The position numbers were made by a program, and so were the translations under genes. DNA of 63,810 bases, counting the filler, from Octopus bimaculoides (taxonomy: Eukaryota): the NCBI RefSeq assembly GCF_001194135.2. It is 5 parts of 4 records of this genome, joined end to end, with 100 filler letters (N's around TTAATTAATTAA, not from the genome) between each part and the next. Parts side by side here need not be neighbours in the genome. Positions count along the whole stretch, not along the records: positions 34,720 to 47,849 come from NC_069001.1; positions 47,950 to 62,643 come from NC_068997.1; 3 more parts are not named here. One strand, 5' to 3'. Below the pieces are notes generated by a model. It was not told where the DNA came from and searched no databases. It saw only the letters and a program-made list of their open reading frames with translations. Positions 40,986 to 52,190 of this stretch are shown here, piece after piece. Every line of letters begins with the position of its first letter. Within the stretch, counting starts at the first letter, position 1.

Positions 40986-41096
40986 ATTGAAGCATTAGTA
41001 AAAGATAGAATAATAAGAGTAGAAATTAATATTATTAAATAATATTAATTTCAACCAGTGGTCAGCATAATTAAAAAACGGCCGAGGACCGTGAAT

Positions 41097-41256
41097 TATA
41101 TTTAGATATAAACAAGAGGAGAGACCACTAAGTGGCTCCCTTGTATGCTGAAAATAGGCATCAAACATAGATTTCGTGGTAGGGAAGTTTGACGTCTATT
41201 TTTAGCATATAAGGGATCCACTTAGTGGTCTTTCCTCTTGTTTATATCTAAATATA
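41097..41256. mobile_element. MITE-like inverted repeat (~70-bp arms, 20-nt spacer)
   Basis: TATATTTAGATATAAACAAGAGGA...TCAAAC versus GTTTGA...TCCTCTTGTTTATATCTAAATATA; TA ends. Confidence 0.8.
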
Positions 41257-41470
41257 TTACAGAATTATGAACAGAATTTCAAGTCGAAAGTAAGAAATCT
41301 ATCGCATCACTGGAGAACGATATTCACATCTCGATGTCCTAACACTGACATTACGATGGACTATTCCTCTGAAGTTATTTTACTAGTGAACTTCTTTGAA
41401 TTTTCCATCAATTGCGGAATTCATAGCAATATTTTACGGGCAAATCTGCCTGCTTAATTTTAATAAAATA

Positions 41471-42110
41471 CTATGCTACCCGTGACCCGCTCGGTCAGGT
41501 TATAAAAATATTGAAGCTGGTTTCAACATTCCATTAAAATGAAAGTTAATTTTATGATGATTTAGTTAAATATCTCAGTTTGTTCGTGTCATCATAGGTC
41601 TGGTTTACAAGTTCATTTTTAAGGTTTTATTGATTATTTACAGCATCTAATAGAAATAGAACTTCCGAGATAAACTTGAACTCAAGTAACAACATTTATC
41701 TATGGAATATGTGCATACTTCTACAAAAATGCGAAAAGAATCATTATATAACGTAAACATAGAATTAATGGAAAAAATTTTCACAGTATTATATATTCCC
41801 ATTTCAGGGTTATGTTACTTTCGGAGTATTTTCCCATTTTGCGCCGTTTTGGCTATTGATGAAGGTACCTAGAAGAATCGCGTATTTCGGGTAACCGTGG
41901 TCCGATTGACGCGAAACTTACTTTATTCCGTTTGTATTCACAGTTCAATGGTATCTTACTTTCAGAGTATTTCCCCATTATGCGCTGGTTTGGCTGCATT
42001 AAATTACAGGCAGGCAAGCATAGTTAAGCATAGTTAAGCAAAGCATAGTTAAGTTAAGCAAAGCACAGTTATGTTAAGTTAAGCAAAGTGCAGCTATGTT
42101 AAGTTAAGCA
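41471..42110 (-). mobile_element. Possible non-autonomous Helitron-like element
   Basis: The minus strand ends in hairpin TGACC-GAGCG-GGTCA, then CGGGTAGCATAG|T (canonical end is CTAG|T). Internal ~40-bp direct repeats at 41815-41854 and 41956-41995, and a pentamer array at the other end. Confidence 0.4.
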
Positions 42111-42111
42111 A

Positions 42112-42676
42112 GCCCGTGGCTTTGTGGTTAGAGTATTCGGCTCACGATCGTGAGATCCAATCCTGACGACATTTATGTCCTTGAGCATATAGATTAAATG
42201 TTGTTTTGGTTATTATTAATTATATAAATGATTATATAAATATCATTAATAATAATTAATCTTAAATAACTTTAAATTAATTGTTTTTGATTATAAAATA
42301 AATTTATTAAATTTTATGATGTAATTAATAGTGGTTAAATTTATTGTTTTGGTGTTTTTAAAAGATATTTAATATTTAAATATATAGTTTTTTAGATTAT
42401 TGAGTTATAATAGTTGTGTAGTATATATATAATAATTGTATAGAGACACTTTATTTCGCGTTGCTCCAGTCCACTCAGCTGATAAAAATACGTTGTGCAT
42501 GTAATACAAGACCAGCCTTATCACATTCTGTGTCACGCTCAATCTCCCTGAGAACTAATTTAAGGGTACGCATATTTGTGGATTGCTCAACTACTTGCAC
42601 GTTAATTTCACGAGAAGACTCATCCATTGATCCGTTCAACTGGAATTCTCATCATAGTAACTGACGGAGTACCAGT
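42112..42676 (+). mobile_element. SINE family C split by a 256-bp insertion
   Basis: Colinear with 54838-55134 once 42188-42443 is removed (GTCCTTGAGCA|AGACACTTTATTTC). Confidence 0.85.
42188..42443. other. 88% AT, strongly G-over-C skewed insert; candidate nuclear mitochondrial segment (NUMT)
   Basis: By my count 28 G and 3 C in 256 nt. It is not a simple repeat, and early stop codons occur in all six frames. Mitochondrial origin is inference. Confidence 0.5.
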
Positions 42677-43289
42677 TTTAATTATGACAGTGAAGCAGTA
42701 GAATCAAATAAAACTCCTCTGATTGTTTTCGTTAGAAAATAGTGAGTAGAAAATTTGCGAAATGCCAAAAACTGTACAACAATGAAGAAGAGAAGCGTAA
42801 ACTTTAGAGCAGACATTTCGTCGGGGAGAAATGAATTCTTCGCGAAACGTTAGATTTCTTTTCATTCTCACAGCAAAATAATTTATTCCACTTTAAATTA
42901 TAGATTTATTCGATATTTCTAAAGAAACCGGTTTACGAATGAACATAAAGAAAATCAAACGCTTTAAACGAATCGTAATTAAAATTGGAATATAAAAGAA
43001 ATTATCATAAGTAATCAGATTAATTGCTTCTAAGATAGACAGAGGGCTACAAATTTGGGGGAGATGATTCATGATTCTCACCACAGACATGAACATCAAA
43101 TATACATTTACTGACATACTTATTTACACAGACACACAAACCAAAAAGAAAACGTCTATGTGGACGCTAGACTTACTTTTTAAAAAAGCAGTCAAATGGC
43201 CTTCAAGTTACCGTCTTCGGGAAGAAAAGATACACGGGATAATATAGTTCAAAACACATTGAAGACACAGCTAGGTATATTGTCTTGCG

Positions 43290-43450
43290 CTCTAACAATT
43301 TAGCTTTCCATTGTCCTCAACTGGTACTTTGTTTATCGACCCTCAAAAGATTAAAGGCAAAGTTGACGTTGCTAGGGTTTGAACTTATTGTGTACAGAGT
43401 AAGAACAGAAACCGCACGGCATTTTAACCTACGCAGTAACGACTCTTCCA
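43290..43450 (-). mobile_element. SINE family B, degenerate
   Basis: CTGGTACTTTGTTTATCGACCCTCAAAAGATTAAAGGCAAAGTTGAC core. Confidence 0.75.
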
Positions 43451-43602
43451 ATTTTTTTGGTGTGCCTGCATACATCTATATATGCACACATATATACTAA
43501 ACACTAAGACAAACATATAAAGTCCTACACAAATGCATAATTACGCTGACACTAAAAGATCAGATACAAGCATATACTCATTTAAAGGTGCACACACACA
43601 CA

Positions 43603-43659
<57 letters not shown>

Positions 43660-44131
43660 GCTCTCTCTCTCACATATAGATATATACACACACATACACA
43701 TATTCTACTTCTCTCACATACGTACATGCACACACACATACGTTTCGTTATCTACATCCTCTTCCGTTTCCCTAGGGGATAGTTCACACCGCGACAATGC
43801 TAGTAGCAGCTTCATTAAATCCAGAATTACTTCCGACAAGATCAGTATGACTTTTGACTTTGAGAAAAAAAAAGACAAATACTGAAATATATATTTTCCT
43901 TAAAACTCTTCCAACACGTTAAGGCTCTCTATACAGCGTTTAGTAATTCAGAAAAGTAGGCAAAGGTTATATTTGATCTCAAAGTCTGTCCAACTAAATT
44001 ATGGAGGAGGCGCTTAAGCACTCAACTCCCAAGACCATCGCAGCAAAAGTCGGTGGCGAAAATGGATGGAGAATGATAGCTAGCAAGTATTTCTAGTTCT
44101 TGATAGTGTTCCTTTTATTATCCATTCTTCA

Positions 44132-44355
44132 AAGTTGGTGAGCTGTCAGAACGGTTAACATGTCGGTCTAAATGCTTAGAAGCATTTCTTCGCGCTGCTT
44201 AGGTGCTCAAATTCCGTTGAGGTCAATTGTGCCTTTCATCCTTTCAGGGTCGATAAATAAGTATAAGTCAAGCATTGGGGGCCGGTGTAATCGACTAGCC
44301 CCCTCCCATAAAATTTCAGGCCTTGTACTTAGAGTAGAAAGAATTATTATTATTC
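44132..44355 (+). mobile_element. SINE family B, tail type 2 with (ATT)n end
   Basis: Core GCCTTTCATCCTTTCAGGGTCGATAAATAAGTA; tail AAATTTCAGGCCTTGTACTTAGAGTAGAAAGAATTATTATT. Confidence 0.85.
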
Positions 44356-45916
44356 TACCGAAGTCAGTTTTGCCTTTCATCATTTCAGTATCAGCAGTAG
44401 AGGTGACTGCAATACTATCAGAGCCCCAGAGATGAAGACCATGTCTTTCACTATCACTGTTGCTGGAAATAGCCAGAGAGGGGGAAATGAAATCGCTTCG
44501 TCCTATATGCTACTAATACCAAGAGCCGAGGACGATTGAGATTTCGAAAGGCTTCGTTCTCCAACAGATGACTAGCCAGATGCCACGAATAGCAGTAATA
44601 TCCATAGAGTGGATAACGGTGAGAAACTGTCAAAAACAAGAAGGAAAAGAATAACCAAAGAAAAAGGCAAGTAAAAAGTAAGTTGGGAACCCCAAGAGAA
44701 GTTCCGAAACTCATGGAATGTCTGAGCCTTACAGGTTTCGAATTCAGGTTGCGAAAATTTCAATTGACAAGCTGAATGTAGTGTAAAACGACAGAGGAAA
44801 CATTATGCTGATTGAAGAGATGGAGAAAGATTATATCCAACACAGACTTCGCGGACTGTTGGGAGAAAACAACAGAACAAATCTATATACAGCTGATGGT
44901 CCCTTCTACCCCCATGATGTAGTAAACATCAAGGTCCAACCAAACACGGAAGTGCTCTAGGGCATATTTTGGGAGAGTTCGTTTGCAGAAGGTTGTCAAT
45001 GTAGAAGATAGTCAGAGTCACCGGCGTGCCTTAATCTCACACAGGTAACGGTCTCTTGACCCCGTGTGTAAGAATTTTTCACCACCTTTGGTATATTGTT
45101 TTAAAGCCTGCCCCATATTCCGTTCAATATGATAAATACACACCCATACATACACACACACACACGTCCAAACATATACATACATGTAAGTGTGTAAACG
45201 TGTGTATGTGTGTGTAAAAGTGCGTGTGCTTAGATTCATCCCTATAGATTTTGGCAATCCGTTTGCATGACACATTTTTTGTTTTAGCGATTTGGCCTTT
45301 TGCGGCCAATACAGAAACGATGTGTCAAAATTAGTAGGGGGCAAACAGAAGTACTTCCGATATTTTAGTTCAGATATTTTGTCACGTCAGGTTCTCAATT
45401 GAAATTGCACCCAGCTCTACTTTGACTGACAGTGATTATGATAACGATGATGACGATAATGACGATGATGACGTCATGTGTGTCTTTGTGTGCGTGCGTA
45501 TTTTATGAGTATACGTGTGTGTATGTGTGAGTCTGCCTGCGTGCCAGAAAAGATTATTATAAAGCTCATCATCATTATTTGGTATAAATTCTAAAGAGGG
45601 AAATGTGACATTTGCTCTTGTCAGCCAATACAGAGTGATGTTGAATTATTTACATATATACTTTTCNNNNNNNNNNNNNNNNNNNNNNNNNNNNNNNNNN
45701 NNNNNNNNNNNNNNNNNNNNNNNNNNNNNNNNNNNNNNNNNNNNNNNNNNNNNNNNNNNNNNNNNNNNNNNNNNNNNNNNNNNNNNNNNNNNNNNNNNNN
45801 NNNNNNNNNNNNNNNNNNNNNNNNNNNNNNNNNNNNNNNNNNNNNNNNNNNNNNNNNNNNNNNNNNNNNNNNNNNNNNNNNNNNNNNNNNNNNNNNNNNN
45901 NNNNNNNNNNNNNNNN

Positions 45917-46195
45917 GGCTATGTGGCAAGTAGTCGCTTGCTTACCAACCACATGGTTCCGGGTTCAGTCCCACTGCGTGGCATCTTGGGCAAATGTCTT
46001 CTACTATAGCCTCGGGCCGACCAAAGCCTTGTGAGTGGATTTGGTAGACAGAAACTGAAAGAAGCTCGTCGTATATATGTATATATATATATATATGTGT
46101 GTGTATGTTTGTGTGTCTGTGTTTGTCCCCCTAGTTTTGCTTGACAACCGATGCTGGTGTGTTTATGTCCCCGTCACTTAGCGGTTCGGCAAAAA
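45917..46195 (+). mobile_element. SINE family A, best-preserved copy
   Basis: tRNA-like head with B-box GGTTCAGTCCC, CORE-like GGCATCTTGGGCAAATGTCTTCTACTATAGCCTCGGGCC, and an internal (TA)/(TG) tract. Confidence 0.9.
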
Positions 46196-46264
46196 AGTTC
46201 AATACAGTAAGTACAGTGTCTGAAATAAGTAAAAAGATAAGAAAAAAGATGTATGCATACACTC

Positions 46265-46284
46265 ATAGATAGATAGATAGATAT

Positions 46285-46340
<56 letters not shown>

Positions 46341-46400
46341 ACAGGCAGCCAGATAGACAAGCTGATTGATTGATTGAGTGAGTGAGTGAATGATTACAGG
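46265..46400. repeat. Compound (GATA)n-(GATT)n-(GAGT)n microsatellite
   Basis: Direct read. Confidence 0.85.
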
Positions 46401-46570
46401 TAACCGAAGCTATATTGGTTACGCTAGTGATTAATCCTTGACCGTCAACCTTATGCTGTAATCTAAATTTTGTTAGGTGCGCGCGCACATACAGAAGTGT
46501 GCACACACACGGACACACACATCTATAGACAGACAGACAAGCACACAGACAAGCACACAGACAGAGAAAT

Positions 46571-46638
<68 letters not shown>

Positions 46639-47175
46639 GGAGGGAGGGAGGGAGAGGGAGAGAGATAGAACGAGGGAGAGAGATAGAACGAGGGAGAGAG
46701 ATAGAACGAGGGAGAGAAAGATAGAGAAAAAGGGTGAATATGTAAGCCCTAGCTTAACCGAAACAGTCCCGGTTTCAAGAGCTCCATGACCCGGAATGAA
46801 TTGTTTATAACTCAAAAATTAAACACATGAAAGAAAAAAAAACTAAAAAATTAAAAATGTCAGAATCGACAAGTCCTAACCCGACCGTGCACAGCTGAGA
46901 TACAAATTAGCGAACACGCCCATGTCGTAGCTGAATCTAAGCTTAGTGCGGCGTGCCTTACTCCTAGTCAATGGGTGTGTCATGTCAAGACGTCCTAATA
47001 GTACATTCTAGTGACCAGTGGAGAATTATTATAGTCTAAAAGTAGTGCTTCTCAACTGGGATCCGTATGACTCTTGGGCGTCCATGTGACATATTGTTGT
47101 TAAAATTTACCTGCAATAAATTGGCTTTACTTATACAATACACAAAATATCTGAATTTTTTTTATGAATTAGCTA

Positions 47176-47332
47176 GGTGGTAAGAAGCTTGCTTCCCAGC
47201 CACATATATCCGGTTTCAGTCCCACTGTGTAGCACCTTCGGCAAATGTCTTCTACTATATCCTCGGGCCGATCAAAGCCTTGTGAGTGGATTTGATAGGC
47301 GGAAACTGAAAGAAGTCTGTCGTATATGTATA
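47176..47332 (+). mobile_element. SINE family A, host of the 47333 MITE
   Basis: GGTGGTAAGAAGCTTGCTTCCCAGCCAC...GGAAACTGAAAGAAGTCTGTCGTATATGTA. Confidence 0.85.
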
Positions 47333-47387
47333 CAGTAGTACCTCGGTTTTCGAACAACTCTGATCTCGAATAAATCGTGCTTTATAA

Positions 47388-47447
<60 letters not shown>

Positions 47448-47577
47448 AGTATGATTTATTCTTGATGAGAGGCGTTCGTAAACCGAGGTATTAGGGTATT
47501 AAATGAATATGAGAAAAACAGGAGATAAAGTACGATTTATTTGTGATCAGAGTTGTTCGAAAACCGAGGTTCTACTG
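47333..47577. mobile_element. Tigger/pogo-type MITE with TA target duplication
   Basis: TA|CAGTAGTACCTCGGTTTTCGAACAACTCTGATC ... GATCAGAGTTGTTCGAAAACCGAGGTTCTACTG|TA; internal (GATA)n. Confidence 0.9.
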
Positions 47578-47601
47578 TATATATGTGTGTGTGTGTATAC
47601 C

Positions 47602-47664
<63 letters not shown>

Positions 47665-47799
47665 TAATCGAATTATGTATGTACATATGTATAAATATAC
47701 TTATATGTACTATATGTGTTTGTATGTGCGTGTGTGTGTGAGTGTCTATCTATGTATGTATGTGTGTGCATGTATATATGTGCGTGAGTGTGTTTATGT

Positions 47800-47849
<50 letters not shown>

Positions 47850-47949
47850 NNNNNNNNNNNNNNNNNNNNNNNNNNNNNNNNNNNNNNNNNNNNTTAATTA
47901 ATTAANNNNNNNNNNNNNNNNNNNNNNNNNNNNNNNNNNNNNNNNNNNN
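47850..47949. other. Artificial scaffold spacer
   Basis: Same 44+12+44 design. Confidence 0.95.
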
Positions 47950-48269
47950 TTCCCTCCGGTTTTTTGTTCTATGTGTGCCATAAATATCGCCATCCGCTTT
48001 AGAGAAAAATTTGTAGTTTGGAATCAGTAGTTCTTTGACTGCTATTTCTAAATTTTCAGTATGTTGGAGAAGCAACTCAATTGCTAATCCCTGTATATTT
48101 ATGATGATAAATAGTTTTACCGATAAAGGTTTTTTTCATACTGAACTACTTGGCAAAATTGTTAATTATTAATTCTATTATTAATTGACGATTCTCTGCC
48201 CTTATTCTTGTATATATATATATATATATATACATACATACATACATACATACACAGATACATGCATAA

Positions 48270-49470
48270 TCTTTTAACCACCAAGTGTCTAAGTGCATCC
48301 CATGATCAGGTTTTCATATAAGAGGTTAAGATCATAAAACTTGGAAAGTGGCTCCTTGAGCAGCATTCCTTGTCTGATAAGCTTAAATACATGTCCAAAG
48401 AAGCCGCACGACTCTACCACGATGTGTCATCAGATGAAAGGATGGGCGTATATCAGCCGAAGTCCAGACATGGACATGTGAGTAGGAAGCTCCAAGATAA
48501 TAGTAACATTTGTCATTAAGGCAGTCTATTATAGACCAACAACCAGATTCTTACTTCTCACCTTCACTTGAAGGGTATTCCTTTGCAGTCCAGGGATAGG
48601 AAATATCAATCAAGTATACAATGCGCAAAAGAACAGAGATAGAGGAAAAGCAGTAAAACATGACAATCTATTAAGGCTTTGTGGAGTTAACGCCGATGAT
48701 AACGCCTACATCAAAAGCAGTTGTTCGAAATTGTCATCACGGTATTAGCTACCGATGAGATATAATGTAATAACTAGGACATTGTACAACGGGTTCCGTC
48801 CGAAGGATAAACCTGAGAACAAAGAAGAACCCACAGTATGGTAGAATCCATAGCCACATATAATAAAAAGGAGTACTGGTGGAATGTTCCACTGAAAACC
48901 TCAATAAATTATGAACATATTATACCTGATATAATGATTTGGGATAAAGAAGAGAAACTGTGTACAGTTGTGGAAATCAGCTCCCCAGCAGATCTTAACA
49001 TAAAGCTGAAGATTAGCGAAAAAAAATACGCTGAAAAATAAAATATCTACGCAAAATCTGCAGTTACTCTAACCAGATTACAAGTTCAGATTTATACCTG
49101 TGATTATTGGGGCAGTAGGATATGTAACACAATGCCTAAATATCAATCTTAAGTAATTGGACTTCTCAAACTCAGAGAGAAGAAAGTTAATCCGAAGACT
49201 ACAGATCCAAGCAGTCACTGGAACTCTGAACATCTGTAAGATTTTCCAGAGGTTTATCATTTAAGTTTATATGAGCATGTCTAGATATGCAAGTATATGC
49301 ATGAGAATACATTCATGAAACAAAACATACGAATTTGCACATACAAACATATTCTGTTTATGTTTTTGAAATTCAAAGGAAGAACACTTGGTTCTGGGTT
49401 AGAAACCGGCTCCTTCTCTATTGGCAAGAAAGCATGAAATAAAACTGAACAAAACTGAATAATGACATAC
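48270..49470 (+). mobile_element. R4/Dong-like (RLE-type) non-LTR retrotransposon: C-terminus and 3' UTR, degenerate
   Basis: Relics of HLEGY.FAVQ, a C-x2-C..H..C knuckle (RLCG..YIKSSCSKLSSRY), KEYWWNVPLKTS..PDIMIWDKEEKLCTVVEISSPAD (PD-D/ExK nuclease), and FIPVIIGAVGYV. Ends AATAAAACTGAATAATGA. Clade assignment is by motif recall. Confidence 0.8.
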
Positions 49471-49589
49471 ATATATAAATGCTTACATACATACATAAAT
49501 ACATATATATGCATACATACATGCTTGCACGCATACGTACACAAAAGACACAAATCTTCACGTATACATACATACAAGCATGCATAGAT

Positions 49590-49720
49590 ACATACAAACA
49601 AAAATATCCTATTGTTGATGTTAAAATAACAAGGAAGGAGCCTTGGATTTTTGTTAGGAAACCGGCCCTTTTTCTATTGGCAAGAAGTCTTGAAATAAAA
49701 CTGAGTAATGATATACGTAC
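49590..49720 (+). mobile_element. Second 3' UTR-only copy of the same R4/Dong-like family
   Basis: AAACCGGCCCTTTTTCTATTGGCAAGAAGTCTTGAAATAAAACTGAGTAATGA. Confidence 0.75.
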
Positions 49721-50270
49721 ATTCTCAAAGGCTACAGAGCTGGAGTTTGGTCAGGATAAATGTTGCTACATGGTTGTGAATTGAGGGAAACTGTAAGCGA
49801 AGCTAGCAACATCGCCAACAGTGACTTAACTGTTTCCTCTATATCTGATGAGGAATGTTACAGGCACCAAGGGGTGGAAGAGAACATATCATACAATGAC
49901 AGCTGTAACAACAAATCATGTGTCATTAAAGAATGTTATAGTCGAATAAAAAACATTTGGACCCAGAACTCTCTACATTCAGAAAAACAAAACAGTGACT
50001 CACAATGTATTTGTCGTGCCAATACTCATACCAACATTTAGGCAGTTTGATTGAACGCTCGATGAGATGCGGGCCATTGATGTGAAAAACCCAAAACATA
50101 CTAACCAGCAGACACAAGTTCCACATCAACAGTGGCGTACGCTGTCTATACCTAAAACGAAAACAAGGCAGCAGAGGTTTAATATCAATCGAGACTGCCT
50201 TTCAATGTCGTATCGTATCCTTTCGGCAACATTATTTAAGTGACAAGTGTCCACGTGCATCCTCTGAGTC
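49721..50270 (+). mobile_element. R4/Dong-like reverse transcriptase thumb fragment, third copy
   Basis: TFSKATELEFGQDKC...ECYRHQGVEENISYN...VPILIPTF...CLYLKRKQGSRGLISIETAFQCRIVSFRQH, with frameshifts. Confidence 0.8.
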
Positions 50271-50500
50271 ATCAAAGGAGTACCTTGATGACATTTTTGA
50301 GCAGCCGCTAATCTGAGGAATGAAATCTTGCACAGGAATACGGCATAACATACAATTTCTTGGAGCTTCAAGAGAGCACTATCTTTTATGTTTGTTAGGT
50401 ATTTAGTCGCAATTTCATTTTCATGGATTGCAAACGCATAGTCGTTGTATTTTCAAGATTGCAAGAGATGTTTCAAGTCCATAGGATTGTCTTCCTTCAG
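50271..50500 (-). mobile_element. Inverted C-terminal piece of the same family
   Basis: The minus strand gives DYAFAIHENEIATKYL and ISGCSKMSSRY, homologous to the plus-strand relics at 48570-48745. Confidence 0.7.
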
Positions 50501-50632
50501 ACGGCAAGCTGGCAGAATCGTTAGCGTTTCCAGCAAAATGCTAAGCGGCATGTCGTCTGTGCCTACGCTCTGAGTAGAAAATCCGCTGATGTCGACTTTA
50601 CCTTTCATGGCTTCATAAAATAAATACCAGTT
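50499..50632 (+). mobile_element. SINE family B head and core
   Basis: AGACGGCAAGCTGGCAGAATCGTTAGCG...GTCGACTTTACCTTTCAT. Confidence 0.8.
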
Positions 50633-50964
50633 TAGAATGTTTTTTTTTTAACTCTAGCTTTTTATTTATTTATTTATTTATTGATTAGAAATATCTGCTA
50701 ATCCAGACAATACGAACACTCTCACTACAAATCCCTAAAATTAAAATACCGTTAATTATCTTTCTCTCTGCTGCTCATCTCAGTCATCCTCGACAAGGCT
50801 TACAGCGATAAAATATGGTTCTGGACCACATCTTAATAATGTGTGTGTGTGTGTGTATGTATGCACGCATGTATGTGGTTATGAGTGCTTGTATTTATGT
50901 AAGTATGTGTATGTATTTCTTTTCTTCTTTCTAAATTAGAGTAATTTAGGCCTGAGCAGCTACA

Positions 50965-51150
50965 TATTTATTTCTTTATTGCCCTTGCGGCTAAACATAG
51001 AGGAAAGAAACAAGGACAGAGAAGGGGTAAAGTCGGTTACATCAATCCCAGTGCGTAACTGGTACTTAATTAATCGACTCCGAAAGAAACGAAAAGCAAA
51101 GTCAGACTCGTCAGAATTTGAACTCAGAACATAATGATAGACGAAATATC
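50965..51150 (-). mobile_element. SINE family B, tail type 1
   Basis: TTTCTTTATTGCCCTTGCGGCTAAACATAGAGG joined to the family B core. Confidence 0.8.
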
Positions 51151-52190
51151 AATTTCTTTATTGCCCGCCAGGGGCTAAACATAGAGATGGACAGAACAAC
51201 TGATGGGATCAGTGAATTGGTATGATTTTACATAAAATGTGACTTTTAAAAATTAAATAAAATAGATAAAAAATCGAATGAAATTAACAATACAGGGACA
51301 ATACAAATGAAGTGATGATCAGGCCACACTCCGATCTATCGCTGGTAATTTTTGGTTCTTTTTTTTCCGCCTGTTCGCACAGTTCCTTGCACGCACAACA
51401 CTCGTGCAACATGCTTCCATCTCTTTTGGACCGTACACTCCGACAGACATCTCTTCTCCAGCCACACCTTCCTTTTCAAATAAAAACTAAAAAATGATCG
51501 TAAATTGTGGCCAGAGATAAAGTTGCCTGTCTTAATTCCTTTTATCCTAGTCTTCTATACTGCCTCTTTTGCTATTGTTANNNNNNNNNNNNNNNNNNNN
51601 NNNNNNNNNNNNNNNNNNNNNNNNNNNNNNNNNNNNNNNNNNNNNNNNNNNNNNNNNNNNNNNNNNNNNNNNNNNNNNNNNNNNNNNNNNNNNNNNNNNN
51701 NNNNNNNNNNNNNNNNNNNNNNNNNNNNNNNNNNNNNNNNNNNNNNNNNNNNNNNNNNNNNNNNNNNNNNNNNNNNNNNNNNNNNNNNNNNNNNNNNNNN
51801 NNNNNNNNNNNNNNNNNNNNNNNNNNNNNNNNNNNNNNNNNNNNNNNNNNNNNNNNNNNNNNNNNNNNNNNNNNNNNNNNNNNNNNNNNNNNNNNNNNNN
51901 NNNNNNNNNNNNNNNNNNNNNNNNNNNNNNNNNNNNNNNNNNNNNNNNNNNNNNNNNNNNNNNNNNNNNNNNNNNNNNNNNNNNNNNNNNNNNNNNNNNN
52001 NNNNNNNNNNNNNNNNNNNNNNNNNNNNNNNNNNNNNNNNNNNNNNNNNNNNNNNNNNNNNNNNNNNNNNNNNNNNNNNNNNNNNNNNNNNNNNNNNNNN
52101 NNNNNNNNNNNNNNNNNNNNNNNNNNNNNNNNNNNNNNNNNNNNNNNNNNNNNNNNNNNNNNNNNNNNNNNNNNNNNNNNNNNNNNNNNN

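Noticed and set aside
46651-46712. Three copies of the 18-bp unit GGGAGAGAGATAGAACGA
   Set aside because: Embedded in a (GA)n tract; a slippage by-product with no spacers, so not a CRISPR-like array.
47043-47160. TAGTGCTTCTCAACTGGG, resembling a hAT/Charlie terminus
   Set aside because: No matching second terminus or 8-bp TSD was found; too little evidence to call.
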